Positions 38,302-47,133 of a stretch of 64,000 bases of DNA are shown piece by piece. Positions within the stretch are counted from its first letter, which is position 1; the number at the start of each line of letters is the position of its first letter. Where the stretch lies: the NCBI GenBank assembly GCA_024763275.1, contig JANTFT010000002.1, positions 6,002 to 70,001 on the forward strand. Direction: 5' to 3'. The stretch is from Anaerolineales bacterium (GTDB lineage Bacteria; Chloroflexota; Anaerolineae; Anaerolineales; UBA11858). The notes below the pieces were generated by a model that worked only from the letters and a program-made list of their open reading frames with translations, was not told the origin of the DNA and made no database searches. A program made the translations under genes and the position numbers.

Positions 38302-38507
38302 AATTATCTCCCGATCGGGCCCTGAAATGGATAAACTCTGCGGGCGAGATCACCTGAACATCATACCGGGGAATTTCTAGGATTTTGTGAAGAGATTATG
38401 AGGAAAATGTTAAGGTCTGCCAGGCGCATTACTCAGAAGCGAACAGGGTTATAAAGAGTTGAAAGAAAGTAGAGGGAGCCAAGCCTTTCTGGCTTGAACA
38501 GGCGGGT

Positions 38508-38550
38508 TGTAACAAAAATCACAGACAAATACAGTTTCATCATCTATAAT
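38508..38550 (+). promoter_or_regulatory. Class II-type promoter: CRP-like box TGTAA-CAAAAA-TCACA plus TATAAT
   Basis: The box at 38508-38523 matches 9/10 positions of TGTGA-N6-TCACA and is centred at 38515.5. TATAAT starts at 38545, which is 29.5 nt from the centre. Confidence 0.5.
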
Positions 38551-38612
38551 GAAGATACTCGGTGAATTTTTCATCGACACATCGGAATAATTCTCAGGAA
38601 AGGAGCAATCTT

Positions 38613-39239
38613 ATGACCCTCTTAGACAGAATCCTCTTACTTCTAACCGGCTTAACAGCCATTTATATGCTCTATTACTTCTATAAGCGCTACCAGAAGG
38701 AAAAAGCCCTTTATGATATTTATTACATGCTGGGATTTGTGGTTCTGCTGGTCTCCGGCCTGCTGCTGATCTTCTTCGGCTGGGATATCCTGGCTTCTCC
38801 CTACGTGCTCACTGTGGCAACCCTGATTCCGCTGGGTCTCTCCATGGGATTGATGAACCAGTTCCGGCCCAAGTACAAGAAAGCCTATTCCTGGTTCGCC
38901 CTGGTTGGCCTGCTGGCCATCGCTTACACCAGCATTACCGGTAATGCCTTGAAAAGCATTGCCGTTCCCGTATTCCACGGTGTGGCCGGCCTGATCATCT
39001 TTGGCCTGCCGCTGTATAAATGCCTGGTCGAGAAAGATGCCGTCAAAGGGTTTGGGCTGGTAGGCGTAGGTGGATTATTAATTGGCATCGGCGGAATTGC
39101 CCTGGCTTTCCTGGTAGCCGGAAAACCTCTGCTGGGGATCTTCACTGCGGACTTCATCTTTGCCATTCTGGCACCCCTGCTGCTGCTGATGACGCTGGCT
39201 TTTACCTTTGGTTTTAGAAAAGATATCGGCTCCGACTAA
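38613..39239 (+). CDS. 6-TM membrane protein of unknown function (paralog of 42812..43417)
   Basis: The SD is AGGAAAGGAG. It shares LDR.LLL.TGL, TLIPL.LS.GL, HG.AGLIIF.LP and LVGVGG.LIG.GG..LAFL.AGKPLL with the paralog. Confidence 0.8.
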   Translation: MTLLDRILLLLTGLTAIYMLYYFYKRYQKEKALYDIYYMLGFVVLLVSGLLLIFFGWDILASPYVLTVATLIPLGLSMGLMNQFRPKYKKAYSWFALVGLLAIAYTSITGNALKSIAVPVFHGVAGLIIFGLPLYKCLVEKDAVKGFGLVGVGGLLIGIGGIALAFLVAGKPLLGIFTADFIFAILAPLLLLMTLAFTFGFRKDIGSD

Positions 39240-39382
39240 AGGACGAAAGTCCTGGATTTTGCCTTTTAATAAAGACGCTTGCTCTGCGCTGTGTTATCTT
39301 ATCTACCAGACAACACGGCGCAGTTTGCTTGCGCCCATGAATTAACAACCCGTTCAATCTTTTCTTTGTAGGAGTAAAACCT

Positions 39383-40918
39383 ATGCAAGCGCTAAAAAAA
39401 CGTCTGGCTTACCTGTTCACCTCCACCCGCGGTCTGACCTTAGTCGCGATTTCCGCCGTCTCACTGGTGACCGCTATCTGGGGCACTCTTTCCGGGCCGA
39501 TGGTTGAATGGGGCATCCGTGATATCACAGTTAAGGTTCTGGGAATGGACCTTACCCAGGCTGCCCGGGAAGGCCGCATCATCATGCTCTACCATACGAT
39601 TGCCATGGCTATTCTGGCCATTGAAGTCTACTTCATCACAGAGTCCGTGCCCATGAAGCGCAACCAGCAGGTAATGATCAACGGCATCATTTCTGTCGGA
39701 TACCTCACTGCTATGATATTCGGTTTGTTATTCGGGTATTTCGGGCATAACTACGCCTTTCATGGACTTTTCCTGGTCGGGCAGTCTCTGGTCTTCTTTT
39801 CAGGGATTCTGCTGGCGGCGGCACTCTGGCCCTGGAATAAAGAATACTATCTTCCCCAGGATTCCCCCTACGCTAAGACTAAAAAAGGCTTCGACTGGGA
39901 ACGGGCCGCTTTCTTCACCATGGCTGTCGCCACCCTGCTGTCAGCGACCTGGGGAGCGGTAACCGGCTCCTTCTGGTCTAACGGCCACGAGACCTTCCTG
40001 GCTGAAGACCTGATCCGCCACCCTGATCACACTGCTTTGCAAAAAGCCATCATCGGCCACCTGCATATCATGCTGTCCCTGACCGCGGTCGCTATCACTC
40101 TGATCGTCGGCCGCTGGCTGGACTTTAAGGGTAAGCTCCATCAGTGGGCCATGCCCCTTATGAATCTGGGGATTATCGTGCTCACCGCAGGCGCCTTATC
40201 CGTAGTCTGGCTGGAATGGGCTCACACCATCATCTACGGCGGAGCGGTTCTAGTGATGATTCCGGCTTTGTTCTATGTGATCTATTCCTGGGACAAGCTG
40301 ATCAAAGATGGAACCGCTGATATTGAAAAACCAACCTTCTTCCAGAAATTGGCAGCCCTGCTGCGTGACCCGTTGAAATTCGGATCTGGCTGGCAGATGG
40401 TCTTCATGAACTTCACTGTCAGTGGCGTGGGGATCTTCATGGCGGTTAAACTGGATGAGATCTTCCGGGTCTGGCCGGCGCGGGAGGAACGCATCACCCT
40501 GACCGGACACTGGCACATTCTGGCCGCCTTGATTGCCACAATCATCCTCTTCTATTATGCTGATCTATCGGGTCTTAAAGGAAAAGTGCGCAAGTGGTTT
40601 GGTTGGACAGTGATTATCATGTCCGATCTGGCTTTTGCCTCAGCAACGGTGTTTTCCATGAAGCGCCTGTTCGTTGATGAGTTCAGCCAGCAACCGCTGG
40701 TAAACACGACCATGCTGGCAATTGACTTTGGTCTTGGTGCCATCCTTGTGGCGCTGGCTATTTTCCTGGTATGGCGTTTGTATGATCTATTCCTGAAGAA
40801 TGGCGAGTGGAAAAAAGAATTCATGAACGAAAAAAGGTCCAATGCGGAAGCCGAACTCGAGGAGCAGAAACGCAAGATGGAAGAACTCAAAGCCACACTT
40901 GAGGAGATTTCCCAATGA
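39383..40918 (+). CDS. Large polytopic membrane protein (511 aa) with intramembrane His residues and a C-terminal coiled coil, unknown function
   Basis: About 12 TM helices. His-containing segments are MLYHTIAMA, GHNYAFHG, IIGHLHIML and LTGHWHILAAL. The C-terminus reads AEAELEEQKRKMEELKATLEE. Its stop overlaps the next start (ATGA). Confidence 0.8.
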   Translation: MQALKKRLAYLFTSTRGLTLVAISAVSLVTAIWGTLSGPMVEWGIRDITVKVLGMDLTQAAREGRIIMLYHTIAMAILAIEVYFITESVPMKRNQQVMINGIISVGYLTAMIFGLLFGYFGHNYAFHGLFLVGQSLVFFSGILLAAALWPWNKEYYLPQDSPYAKTKKGFDWERAAFFTMAVATLLSATWGAVTGSFWSNGHETFLAEDLIRHPDHTALQKAIIGHLHIMLSLTAVAITLIVGRWLDFKGKLHQWAMPLMNLGIIVLTAGALSVVWLEWAHTIIYGGAVLVMIPALFYVIYSWDKLIKDGTADIEKPTFFQKLAALLRDPLKFGSGWQMVFMNFTVSGVGIFMAVKLDEIFRVWPAREERITLTGHWHILAALIATIILFYYADLSGLKGKVRKWFGWTVIIMSDLAFASATVFSMKRLFVDEFSQQPLVNTTMLAIDFGLGAILVALAIFLVWRLYDLFLKNGEWKKEFMNEKRSNAEAELEEQKRKMEELKATLEEISQ

Positions 40919-41886
40919 AACGCATATTCTTGAGCTTAATATTCATAGCCCTGGCGGCTACAGCCTGCCAGCCCACAACCAATATCAGTGCCATCACCCC
41001 ACCGTATATTGACACCGGAGTCGATCCAGAAGCCTGGGTCACAGTGCCTGCCGGGGATTTCCCCTACGGGCAGGAAAGCCACCTTACCTCCCTCGACTAC
41101 GATTATCAGATCATGGTTACGGACGTGACGGTTTCCCAGTATGCCGAATACCTGAATTCCGCTCTGGCCAGCGGCGATATCTACAGCGGTGATTTCACCG
41201 TTGAAGCCGGGGAACAGGTCTGGACCGAAAAGGGTGTCGGTGGATACTATCCAGGTGATCCCTTCCAAGGGGGACGCCATGAGGAAAAGATCAAGGCTGG
41301 CGACCACCTCTTCCTCCCCTTTGTAGAGGGAGTCCGCCTGAACCACTCTGGAGATGTTTTCACTCCAGTACCCGAATATGCCAATCATCCCATGACCATG
41401 GTAACCTGGTTCGGCGCAAATGCTTACTGCCAATACTACGGCGGACGGCTTCCTCTGGCTGCGGAGTGGGAAAAAGCAGCCCGCGGTATAAAGATCAGCA
41501 ACGACGATGGCCTGCCTTTCCCCTGGGGCGAGGAAATCCACAGAAACAACGCCAACTACTATTCTTCTTTCGATCTCTTTGAAAAGATGTATGGTAAATT
41601 GGGCAATACCACCCCGGTTGGCTTTTATAACGGTCGCACTTACACGGTTGACGGATTAACTTATCAAACCCTGGATTCTGCCAGCCCCTACGGGCTCTAC
41701 GACATGGCAGGAAACGTCTGGCAGTGGTTGGGAGATGATCTTCCCTACCAGCACTACCGCTACATGCGCGGCGGGAGCTTCTACTCCTACGAGGTCGATC
41801 TCAGGGTTTGGAAAGAGAACAGCGCTGGCCCGCAATTCTACAGCCCGCAGGTCGGTTTCAGATGTGTCCGCTACGAAGTAAAATAA
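40915..41886 (+). CDS. Formylglycine-generating enzyme (FGE/SUMF1) family lipoprotein
   Basis: Lipobox LAATAC. HPMTMVTWFGANAYCQYYGGRLPLAAEWEKAARG, YGLYDMAGNVWQW and RGGSF are FGE-sulfatase domain signatures. Confidence 0.85.
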   Translation: MKRIFLSLIFIALAATACQPTTNISAITPPYIDTGVDPEAWVTVPAGDFPYGQESHLTSLDYDYQIMVTDVTVSQYAEYLNSALASGDIYSGDFTVEAGEQVWTEKGVGGYYPGDPFQGGRHEEKIKAGDHLFLPFVEGVRLNHSGDVFTPVPEYANHPMTMVTWFGANAYCQYYGGRLPLAAEWEKAARGIKISNDDGLPFPWGEEIHRNNANYYSSFDLFEKMYGKLGNTTPVGFYNGRTYTVDGLTYQTLDSASPYGLYDMAGNVWQWLGDDLPYQHYRYMRGGSFYSYEVDLRVWKENSAGPQFYSPQVGFRCVRYEVK

Positions 41887-41932
41887 GGAAATAAGGCACT
41901 TCGCTGAGGCCGCTATTTCCTGAGAGAACCTT

Positions 41933-42808
41933 ATGGAAAAACACAAAAAACTCTCAAAGCAATTCAAGACCAAGTACTTCCCGCTTATCAAATCCCTCCA
42001 GACCGGTTTGCTGTTAATTACCGGCCTGGCGGGATACATGAGCGCCCGCTGCCCGGTCCACAACATCCCCGTGCTGCTGGGTTTGACAGGCAGCTTGCTG
42101 TTCTCAATCAGCGGCAGCACAGCGCTGAATATGTGGTATGACCGCGACATTGACGCAAAAATGCCGCGGACGAGCAGACGGCCTCTCAGCACCGGAGAAA
42201 CCACGCCCCGGGAAGCGCTGATTTTCGGGTTGCTCCTGTCCCTGATCGGCACCGGATGGGCTTTCCTGCTGGACCCGTTATTCGGAGTGGTGATCTTTGC
42301 CGGCTTGTTCTTTGATGTGGTCGTGTATACGATCTGGCTCAAGAGAAGGACCGCCTGGTCGATCGTCTGGGGCGGGATTTCCGGCGGCATGCCCGTGCTG
42401 GCCGGCCGGGTGCTTGGTATCGGAAGGTTTGACTGGATAGGTATAGCCCTGGCTCTGGCAGTCCTGTTCTGGATTCCAACTCATATCCTGACTTTCAGCA
42501 TGCGCTACCACCAGGACTACCAGGCAGCTGGAATCCCTACCTTCCCCTCCACTTACGGCAACCAGACCACGCGAGTTATCATAGCCAGTTCAAGTGTGCT
42601 GGCCGCCCTGTCAATGGGATTGGCTGGCTACGGCGTCGGGATGACCTGGGGTTATTTACGGCTGCTGGCTGTCCTCTCTGCCGGACTGCTGGTCCTGGCT
42701 GTCAGCAGTATGACCAAGCCATCCGAGCGCATCACCTTTGGTTTGTTCAAGTACGCCTCTGTCTATATGTTGAGTTCTATGCTGCTGATCTTTGCCGGAG
42801 GAGTTTAA
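41933..42808 (+). CDS. ctaB: Protoheme IX farnesyltransferase (heme O synthase), UbiA family
   Basis: NMWYDRDIDAKMPRTSRRPL (COX10/CtaB-type motif with M.RT..RP), about 9 TM helices, 291 aa. Confidence 0.8.
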   Translation: MEKHKKLSKQFKTKYFPLIKSLQTGLLLITGLAGYMSARCPVHNIPVLLGLTGSLLFSISGSTALNMWYDRDIDAKMPRTSRRPLSTGETTPREALIFGLLLSLIGTGWAFLLDPLFGVVIFAGLFFDVVVYTIWLKRRTAWSIVWGGISGGMPVLAGRVLGIGRFDWIGIALALAVLFWIPTHILTFSMRYHQDYQAAGIPTFPSTYGNQTTRVIIASSSVLAALSMGLAGYGVGMTWGYLRLLAVLSAGLLVLAVSSMTKPSERITFGLFKYASVYMLSSMLLIFAGGV

Positions 42809-42811
42809 CAG

Positions 42812-43417
42812 ATGAAAAAAATTACCATCCTCGACCGGGTCCTGCTGTTAGCAACCGGCTTGCTGGCTGCTTATCAGATCGTATCAGAAGGCGAGGGACT
42901 CAGTTCATTTACTGTCGGGTGCTACACGGTCGCTTTCGGCACCCTGCTGGTAGCGGGGCTGGTATTGATAATTATGGGATTTGAGGGGCTGAAAAATAAA
43001 GCGGTAGTGATCGTTTCAACGCTGATCCCCTTGAGCTTATCGCTGGGCTTGGTTTCAGAAAACGCCAGCAGGTTTACCTGGGCCTATGGAATCTTTGCCG
43101 TTGTAGGTCTGCTCTTGATATCTATCACCCGCTATTCCTCAACCGGTAAATTCGCGACCATCATCCTGGCCGTCGTGCACGGAACTGCCGGGCTGATCAT
43201 TTTCCTCCTGCCCATCCTGCTCAGTGTTCAGGGTCTCAAACCCGCAGGGTATTCCCTGGTAGGGGTTGGGGGAGCGCTGATCGGTGTAGGGGGACTGCTG
43301 CTGGCCTTTTTAAGGGCGGGTAAACCGCTGCTTTCTGAACGCACAATTTTATCTATTCTACCCCTATTATTGCTCCTGATGACCTCTGCTTTTCTTATTG
43401 GTTTCTCTTTCAGCTAA
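42812..43417 (+). CDS. 6-TM membrane protein of unknown function (paralog of 38613..39239)
   Basis: It starts 3 nt after the ctaB stop. Paralog evidence is given at 38613..39239. Confidence 0.8.
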   Translation: MKKITILDRVLLLATGLLAAYQIVSEGEGLSSFTVGCYTVAFGTLLVAGLVLIIMGFEGLKNKAVVIVSTLIPLSLSLGLVSENASRFTWAYGIFAVVGLLLISITRYSSTGKFATIILAVVHGTAGLIIFLLPILLSVQGLKPAGYSLVGVGGALIGVGGLLLAFLRAGKPLLSERTILSILPLLLLLMTSAFLIGFSFS

Positions 43418-43479
43418 AGTACAAAATGATCGGGGATACTGTCATTTTCTAAGCTTCATTCAGAAAAGGAGAAAACCAC

Positions 43480-44145
43480 ATGAAGAGATTATTAAGGTTC
43501 ATAGCCGTGTTATTCATGGGTCTGACAGCTGGTATCACCCTGCTGGGCGGCGTGGGAACAAGCTGCGTTGCTTTGAACCCCAGCGCATATGAGAGCATGA
43601 AAGGGATTGCCCCCTTTCAATGGCTATACATCCTCTATGTACTGGTCGGTATAGCTCTGGGAATCCTGGGCGTCAGGGCAACTGTCCATTTGGTGAAAGG
43701 TAAAGAGGGTGCTGAAAAGTCCGCCCTATTTGTGCTGATCGGGGGAGTTGTGGTAGGCGGCATTCACATGGCCTCCTCCCGGGCCCTGCGAGGCTCCTCC
43801 ATGCCAGTTGACGCTGTGGTTTATTTCACTGTCTTGACCCTGATCATTTTCCTGATCTTCCGTCTGCCCAAAATCAAAGCATTGGCTCTATTCCAGAAGG
43901 ATGGTGGGGGTGACGCTGACCGCGCCGGGGGAATCACTGCCTTTGTGACCGGCATTCTGGTGCTTAGCGTTCAGATCTGGGCCGGCTCATCGCATATGAT
44001 CATGGGGGTCAATTACGCCGACGCCTTCCACAACGCCATGCTCCTGATCGGCAGCGGTTTGATGCTCTCAGGAGCCATACTGGTCTTCAAAACCCTGCTG
44101 GCCAAAACAGGAGAACCGGCGCAGGCCTACAAACCCGACAGATAG
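43480..44145 (+). CDS. Polytopic membrane protein of unknown function (~6 TM)
   Basis: The SD is AAGGAGAA. The protein is 221 aa and hydrophobic, with an LVKGK basic patch as in 35093..35893. Confidence 0.75.
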   Translation: MKRLLRFIAVLFMGLTAGITLLGGVGTSCVALNPSAYESMKGIAPFQWLYILYVLVGIALGILGVRATVHLVKGKEGAEKSALFVLIGGVVVGGIHMASSRALRGSSMPVDAVVYFTVLTLIIFLIFRLPKIKALALFQKDGGGDADRAGGITAFVTGILVLSVQIWAGSSHMIMGVNYADAFHNAMLLIGSGLMLSGAILVFKTLLAKTGEPAQAYKPDR

Positions 44146-44167
44146 CAACCGGATATCACCTTCCCAA

Positions 44168-44207
44168 AGCAAACCGCTGCTTTTAAAAAGCAGCGGTTTG
44201 CTGTTAA
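44168..44207. terminator. Bidirectional intrinsic terminator
   Basis: AGCAAACCGCTGCTTTT / AAAAGCAGCGGTTTGCT, a long perfect hairpin between convergent genes. Confidence 0.85.
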
Positions 44208-44224
44208 ATATACCCAGTGGCGAA

Positions 44225-44917
44225 CTAACTGCACTCCCAGTCGATCAATTTGGCTTCATCCTGGATGTAGATTTTCCCCCGATCAACCTCAATAGCCCCG
44301 CAGTTTTCCAATTCCCTCAGCGAGCGAGCCACCACTTCTCTTACCGTGCCCACCCTGGCTGCCAGATCATCCTGGGTCAGGCGGTCAGGACCGCTGCTGG
44401 AAAGCTGGTCCGCAGGCAGTTCCCGCAGTAAGCGCGCCAGGCGGGCTGTCACCGAATAAAAAGACAGTTCGGCGACCTTGTCAACCAGCATGCGTAAATT
44501 CTGGGACAAATTGATGATTATTTGCTGGGCTGCCCGGGGGTGTATTGCGATCACATTCCTCAGCGCCCAGGCATCGATCAGCCACACCTCTGTATCCACC
44601 ACAGCCGCAACGTTAACGGGGTTTTCCAGCTGATCAAAAACCGGGACCTCATTGAAAGATGCCCCCCGCTCAAGCACGTTGATGATCATCTCCCTTCCTG
44701 AGGGGGAATACTTGTAAATCTTCACGCGTCCGGATTCCAGATAATACAGACCCTGGCTGGGTCGGCCTTCGTGAAGTATGCTTTCTTCCCCCTCAAAGAA
44801 CAACAGCTGCGTGTGCTCCTCCAGATCTGCCAGGATGCCCTCATCCAGGTCCTTTAAGTAGCGGTTGCCCTGCAGGGCGAGCATTCTGGTCTCTTTACTG
44901 GACGGTAATCTGCGCAT
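44225..44917 (-). CDS. Crp/Fnr family transcriptional regulator
   Basis: A cNMP-binding-like domain is followed by an HTH (LTQDDLAARVGTVREVVARSLRELENCGAI). The start may instead be 44884. Confidence 0.85.
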   Translation of the reverse strand: MRRLPSSKETRMLALQGNRYLKDLDEGILADLEEHTQLLFFEGEESILHEGRPSQGLYYLESGRVKIYKYSPSGREMIINVLERGASFNEVPVFDQLENPVNVAAVVDTEVWLIDAWALRNVIAIHPRAAQQIIINLSQNLRMLVDKVAELSFYSVTARLARLLRELPADQLSSSGPDRLTQDDLAARVGTVREVVARSLRELENCGAIEVDRGKIYIQDEAKLIDWECS

Positions 44918-45096
44918 GGCCGTTTTTCCTTGGTTTCCAGGCTGTTAGTTTAGAGAACACTGTGCATTCTATTTTACATGATTTATCTCCCGCTGAGCCC
45001 TTCAACCTGCTGGTGTCATTTCCCTAACATTTGTTCAGGACACCAAAACATGGAAACTATAGTATAAATAAGGGAATGGTATCAAAGGAGATCTAG

Positions 45097-45471
45097 ATGA
45101 ATAAACGCTGGGTCATTTTAATGATATTCGGCTGCCTGGCGATCACCCTGACCGCTTGCAGCGGATCCTCATCGGTAGTTGTGGAAGAAAAAGAAGTCGC
45201 CACTTCTCCATCTGAGGATGACCAGGGACAAACAGTAGCCCAAGAAATCAACGCGGCCGGCATCTTTGCGGAACGTTGCGCCAACTGCCACGGAGCAGAC
45301 CGCTCCGGCAGCAGAGGACCAGCCCTGCTTCCAGAACGCCTTGACAAGGATCAAGCGGTTTATGCTGCCACCATTACGAACGGCTCAGGTTCCATGCCTG
45401 CCTGGGGAAGCCGCCTGTCAGCTGAGGAAATCAATGCCCTGGTTGAATTCATCCTCAGCCCTCCTCAATAA
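45097..45471 (+). CDS. Monoheme class I c-type cytochrome, lipoprotein
   Basis: Lipobox LTACSG, CANCH heme-binding motif and a distal Met (GSMPAWG). Confidence 0.85.
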   Translation: MNKRWVILMIFGCLAITLTACSGSSSVVVEEKEVATSPSEDDQGQTVAQEINAAGIFAERCANCHGADRSGSRGPALLPERLDKDQAVYAATITNGSGSMPAWGSRLSAEEINALVEFILSPPQ

Positions 45472-45545
45472 CCGCACCTATCGCAAGTGGCCGGCTGGGA
45501 ACCCGCCCTTCAGCAGAGGAGTAAATCTCAAGCCAACAAGAACAA

Positions 45546-45570
45546 AGCCCCGGGAAAGGTTCCCGGGGCT
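45546..45570. terminator. Hairpin between convergent cytochrome c and FHA genes
   Basis: AGCCCCGGGAA-agg-TTCCCGGGGCT. The flanking T/A runs are weak. Confidence 0.5.
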
Positions 45571-45588
45571 TATAGTTTCTGTCCAGGT

Positions 45589-47133
45589 TTATTCAAGCAG
45601 GAATTTTTGATCTCCGAAACAAATCTCATCCCCGGCCCGCAAACTTTCCGGGGTGTTGGCGGAGATCCGCTGGTTGTTGAGAAAAGTCCCGTTCTTGCTG
45701 CGCAGGTCGATCAAGGTCAGCGTGTTTCCTTCCAGGCGGATCAGGGCATGTGTTCGAGAGCATTTGGTGCTTTCCAATTTGATGTCGGACTGGTCACTGC
45801 GCCCAGCGATCATGATCTCGTTCTCGATGTCCACCACAGACCCATTCTCGTGAACCAGGTGCCAGCCGGACTTTCTTTCAGGGATGTATTTCTTTTCTTC
45901 CAGTTCTCTTTCCGGAAGGGAATTAGTAAAAGCCAAGCCGATTCCGCGGACAACCATTTCCTGCGGTTTTTCGGGGAAGATCACCTTTTGAATGCCAAAA
46001 CGCTGACGAATATCAGCAAGAATACCGGGAATGAGCACTCCTCCACCCAGCAGAATGACCTTACCTATTTTGTCATCCTCGATCTTCATGCTTTCCAGCC
46101 CGCGGCTGATCACTTCCAGGAAAGCGTTATCCAGTGGTTGGCTGAGTCGGGAAAAGTCCTCCAGACTGAGATCGATGTTCCCGCGGAACACCTGCCCATC
46201 ATCCATCACCAGGGAAAATGACCCCAATCCCGAAAGTGGATCCAATGTTTCCTCTCCCCGGATGGCCTGCTGAGCTAGGGTTTCCTTGACCATCTGGCTG
46301 TAAAGGCGCAGAACCAGGAAAGCTGAAGGGTCTGCGGACAAGCTCTGAGCTGGAATCTCCAGCTGTTTGGACAGGTGCTGAGCGAGCAGGGCATCGTATA
46401 ACCCCCCTCCGAAAGGCTCTTCGTAGCGGTTGATATTAACTATAGCGCCTGTCTTTGGGTTGTATTTCCTGGCGTAAAGTGTTGTAGTACTGCCACCCAC
46501 ATCGATAATCAGATTGATGTCCTGGGGATGAAAGCTGTCCAGCAGCTCCTGGTCCCGGAGGCCGAGGATCACTCCTTCGGATTCAGGGACAAAATGCACC
46601 CGATCGGAGACATTCTGAGGGAAGCATTCCTCGGTCACGTGATAAAAATCTTCGAAGATCTTGCCTTCGTTCTCGGTTCGCCAGCGGTCCGGATAGGCAA
46701 TCGAAAAATGGACACGCTCATCAAACGGTTTTGAATTGTACTTTTCCACCCGAATCTGGTCGATCAGCGATCTCAGCAGCAGCCGGGTGTAAAGCAGGGC
46801 TTCGAAATGGCTGTAACGGCTCTGGTGGGGTTCAGGGTTCTCTGTTAAATGGGAGCCGATGGAGGGTTTAAAGAAATCCCGGATCCGCTTGCGAGCTTCC
46901 ACGTCCTCCAGGTAACCAAGTGCCGTTTCGCCAATCGCCATCAGGTCGGTCCCGTCCGGAGTAAGCAGCAGCACAGCGGGCAGCCGGCGGTCAGAGAAAT
47001 TGGCCAGCGGAGAAGAAAGGGGGCTGGTAACATGCCGGGCCTTTTCCCCGTCAAAGTGATATTCCATGCGGTACAGCCGCCAATTAACGGTTCCGCAATC
47101 CAGGGCATACAAGGTGATCTTCTCGCCGGCCAT
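45589..47133 (-). CDS. Actin/Hsp70-fold (ASKHA) ATPase fused to a C-terminal FHA domain
   Basis: Phosphate-1 is LYALDCGTVNWR, phosphate-2 is IIDVGGSTTT and the adenosine motif is VILLGGGVLIPGI. The C-terminus reads IAGRS...D..L....SR.HA.I......L.DL.S.NGT.LN (FHA). I prefer the start at ATG 47131-47133 over the track start at 47226. Confidence 0.8.
   Translation of the reverse strand: MAGEKITLYALDCGTVNWRLYRMEYHFDGEKARHVTSPLSSPLANFSDRRLPAVLLLTPDGTDLMAIGETALGYLEDVEARKRIRDFFKPSIGSHLTENPEPHQSRYSHFEALLYTRLLLRSLIDQIRVEKYNSKPFDERVHFSIAYPDRWRTENEGKIFEDFYHVTEECFPQNVSDRVHFVPESEGVILGLRDQELLDSFHPQDINLIIDVGGSTTTLYARKYNPKTGAIVNINRYEEPFGGGLYDALLAQHLSKQLEIPAQSLSADPSAFLVLRLYSQMVKETLAQQAIRGEETLDPLSGLGSFSLVMDDGQVFRGNIDLSLEDFSRLSQPLDNAFLEVISRGLESMKIEDDKIGKVILLGGGVLIPGILADIRQRFGIQKVIFPEKPQEMVVRGIGLAFTNSLPERELEEKKYIPERKSGWHLVHENGSVVDIENEIMIAGRSDQSDIKLESTKCSRTHALIRLEGNTLTLIDLRSKNGTFLNNQRISANTPESLRAGDEICFGDQKFLLE

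Noticed and set aside
45014-45029. TGTCA-TTTCCC-TAACA box between Crp/Fnr-2 and the cytochrome c gene, considered as a fourth class II site.
   Set aside because: It matches 8/10 positions but does not sit 29.5 nt from any convincing -10 hexamer on either strand. It is kept only as a weak candidate.
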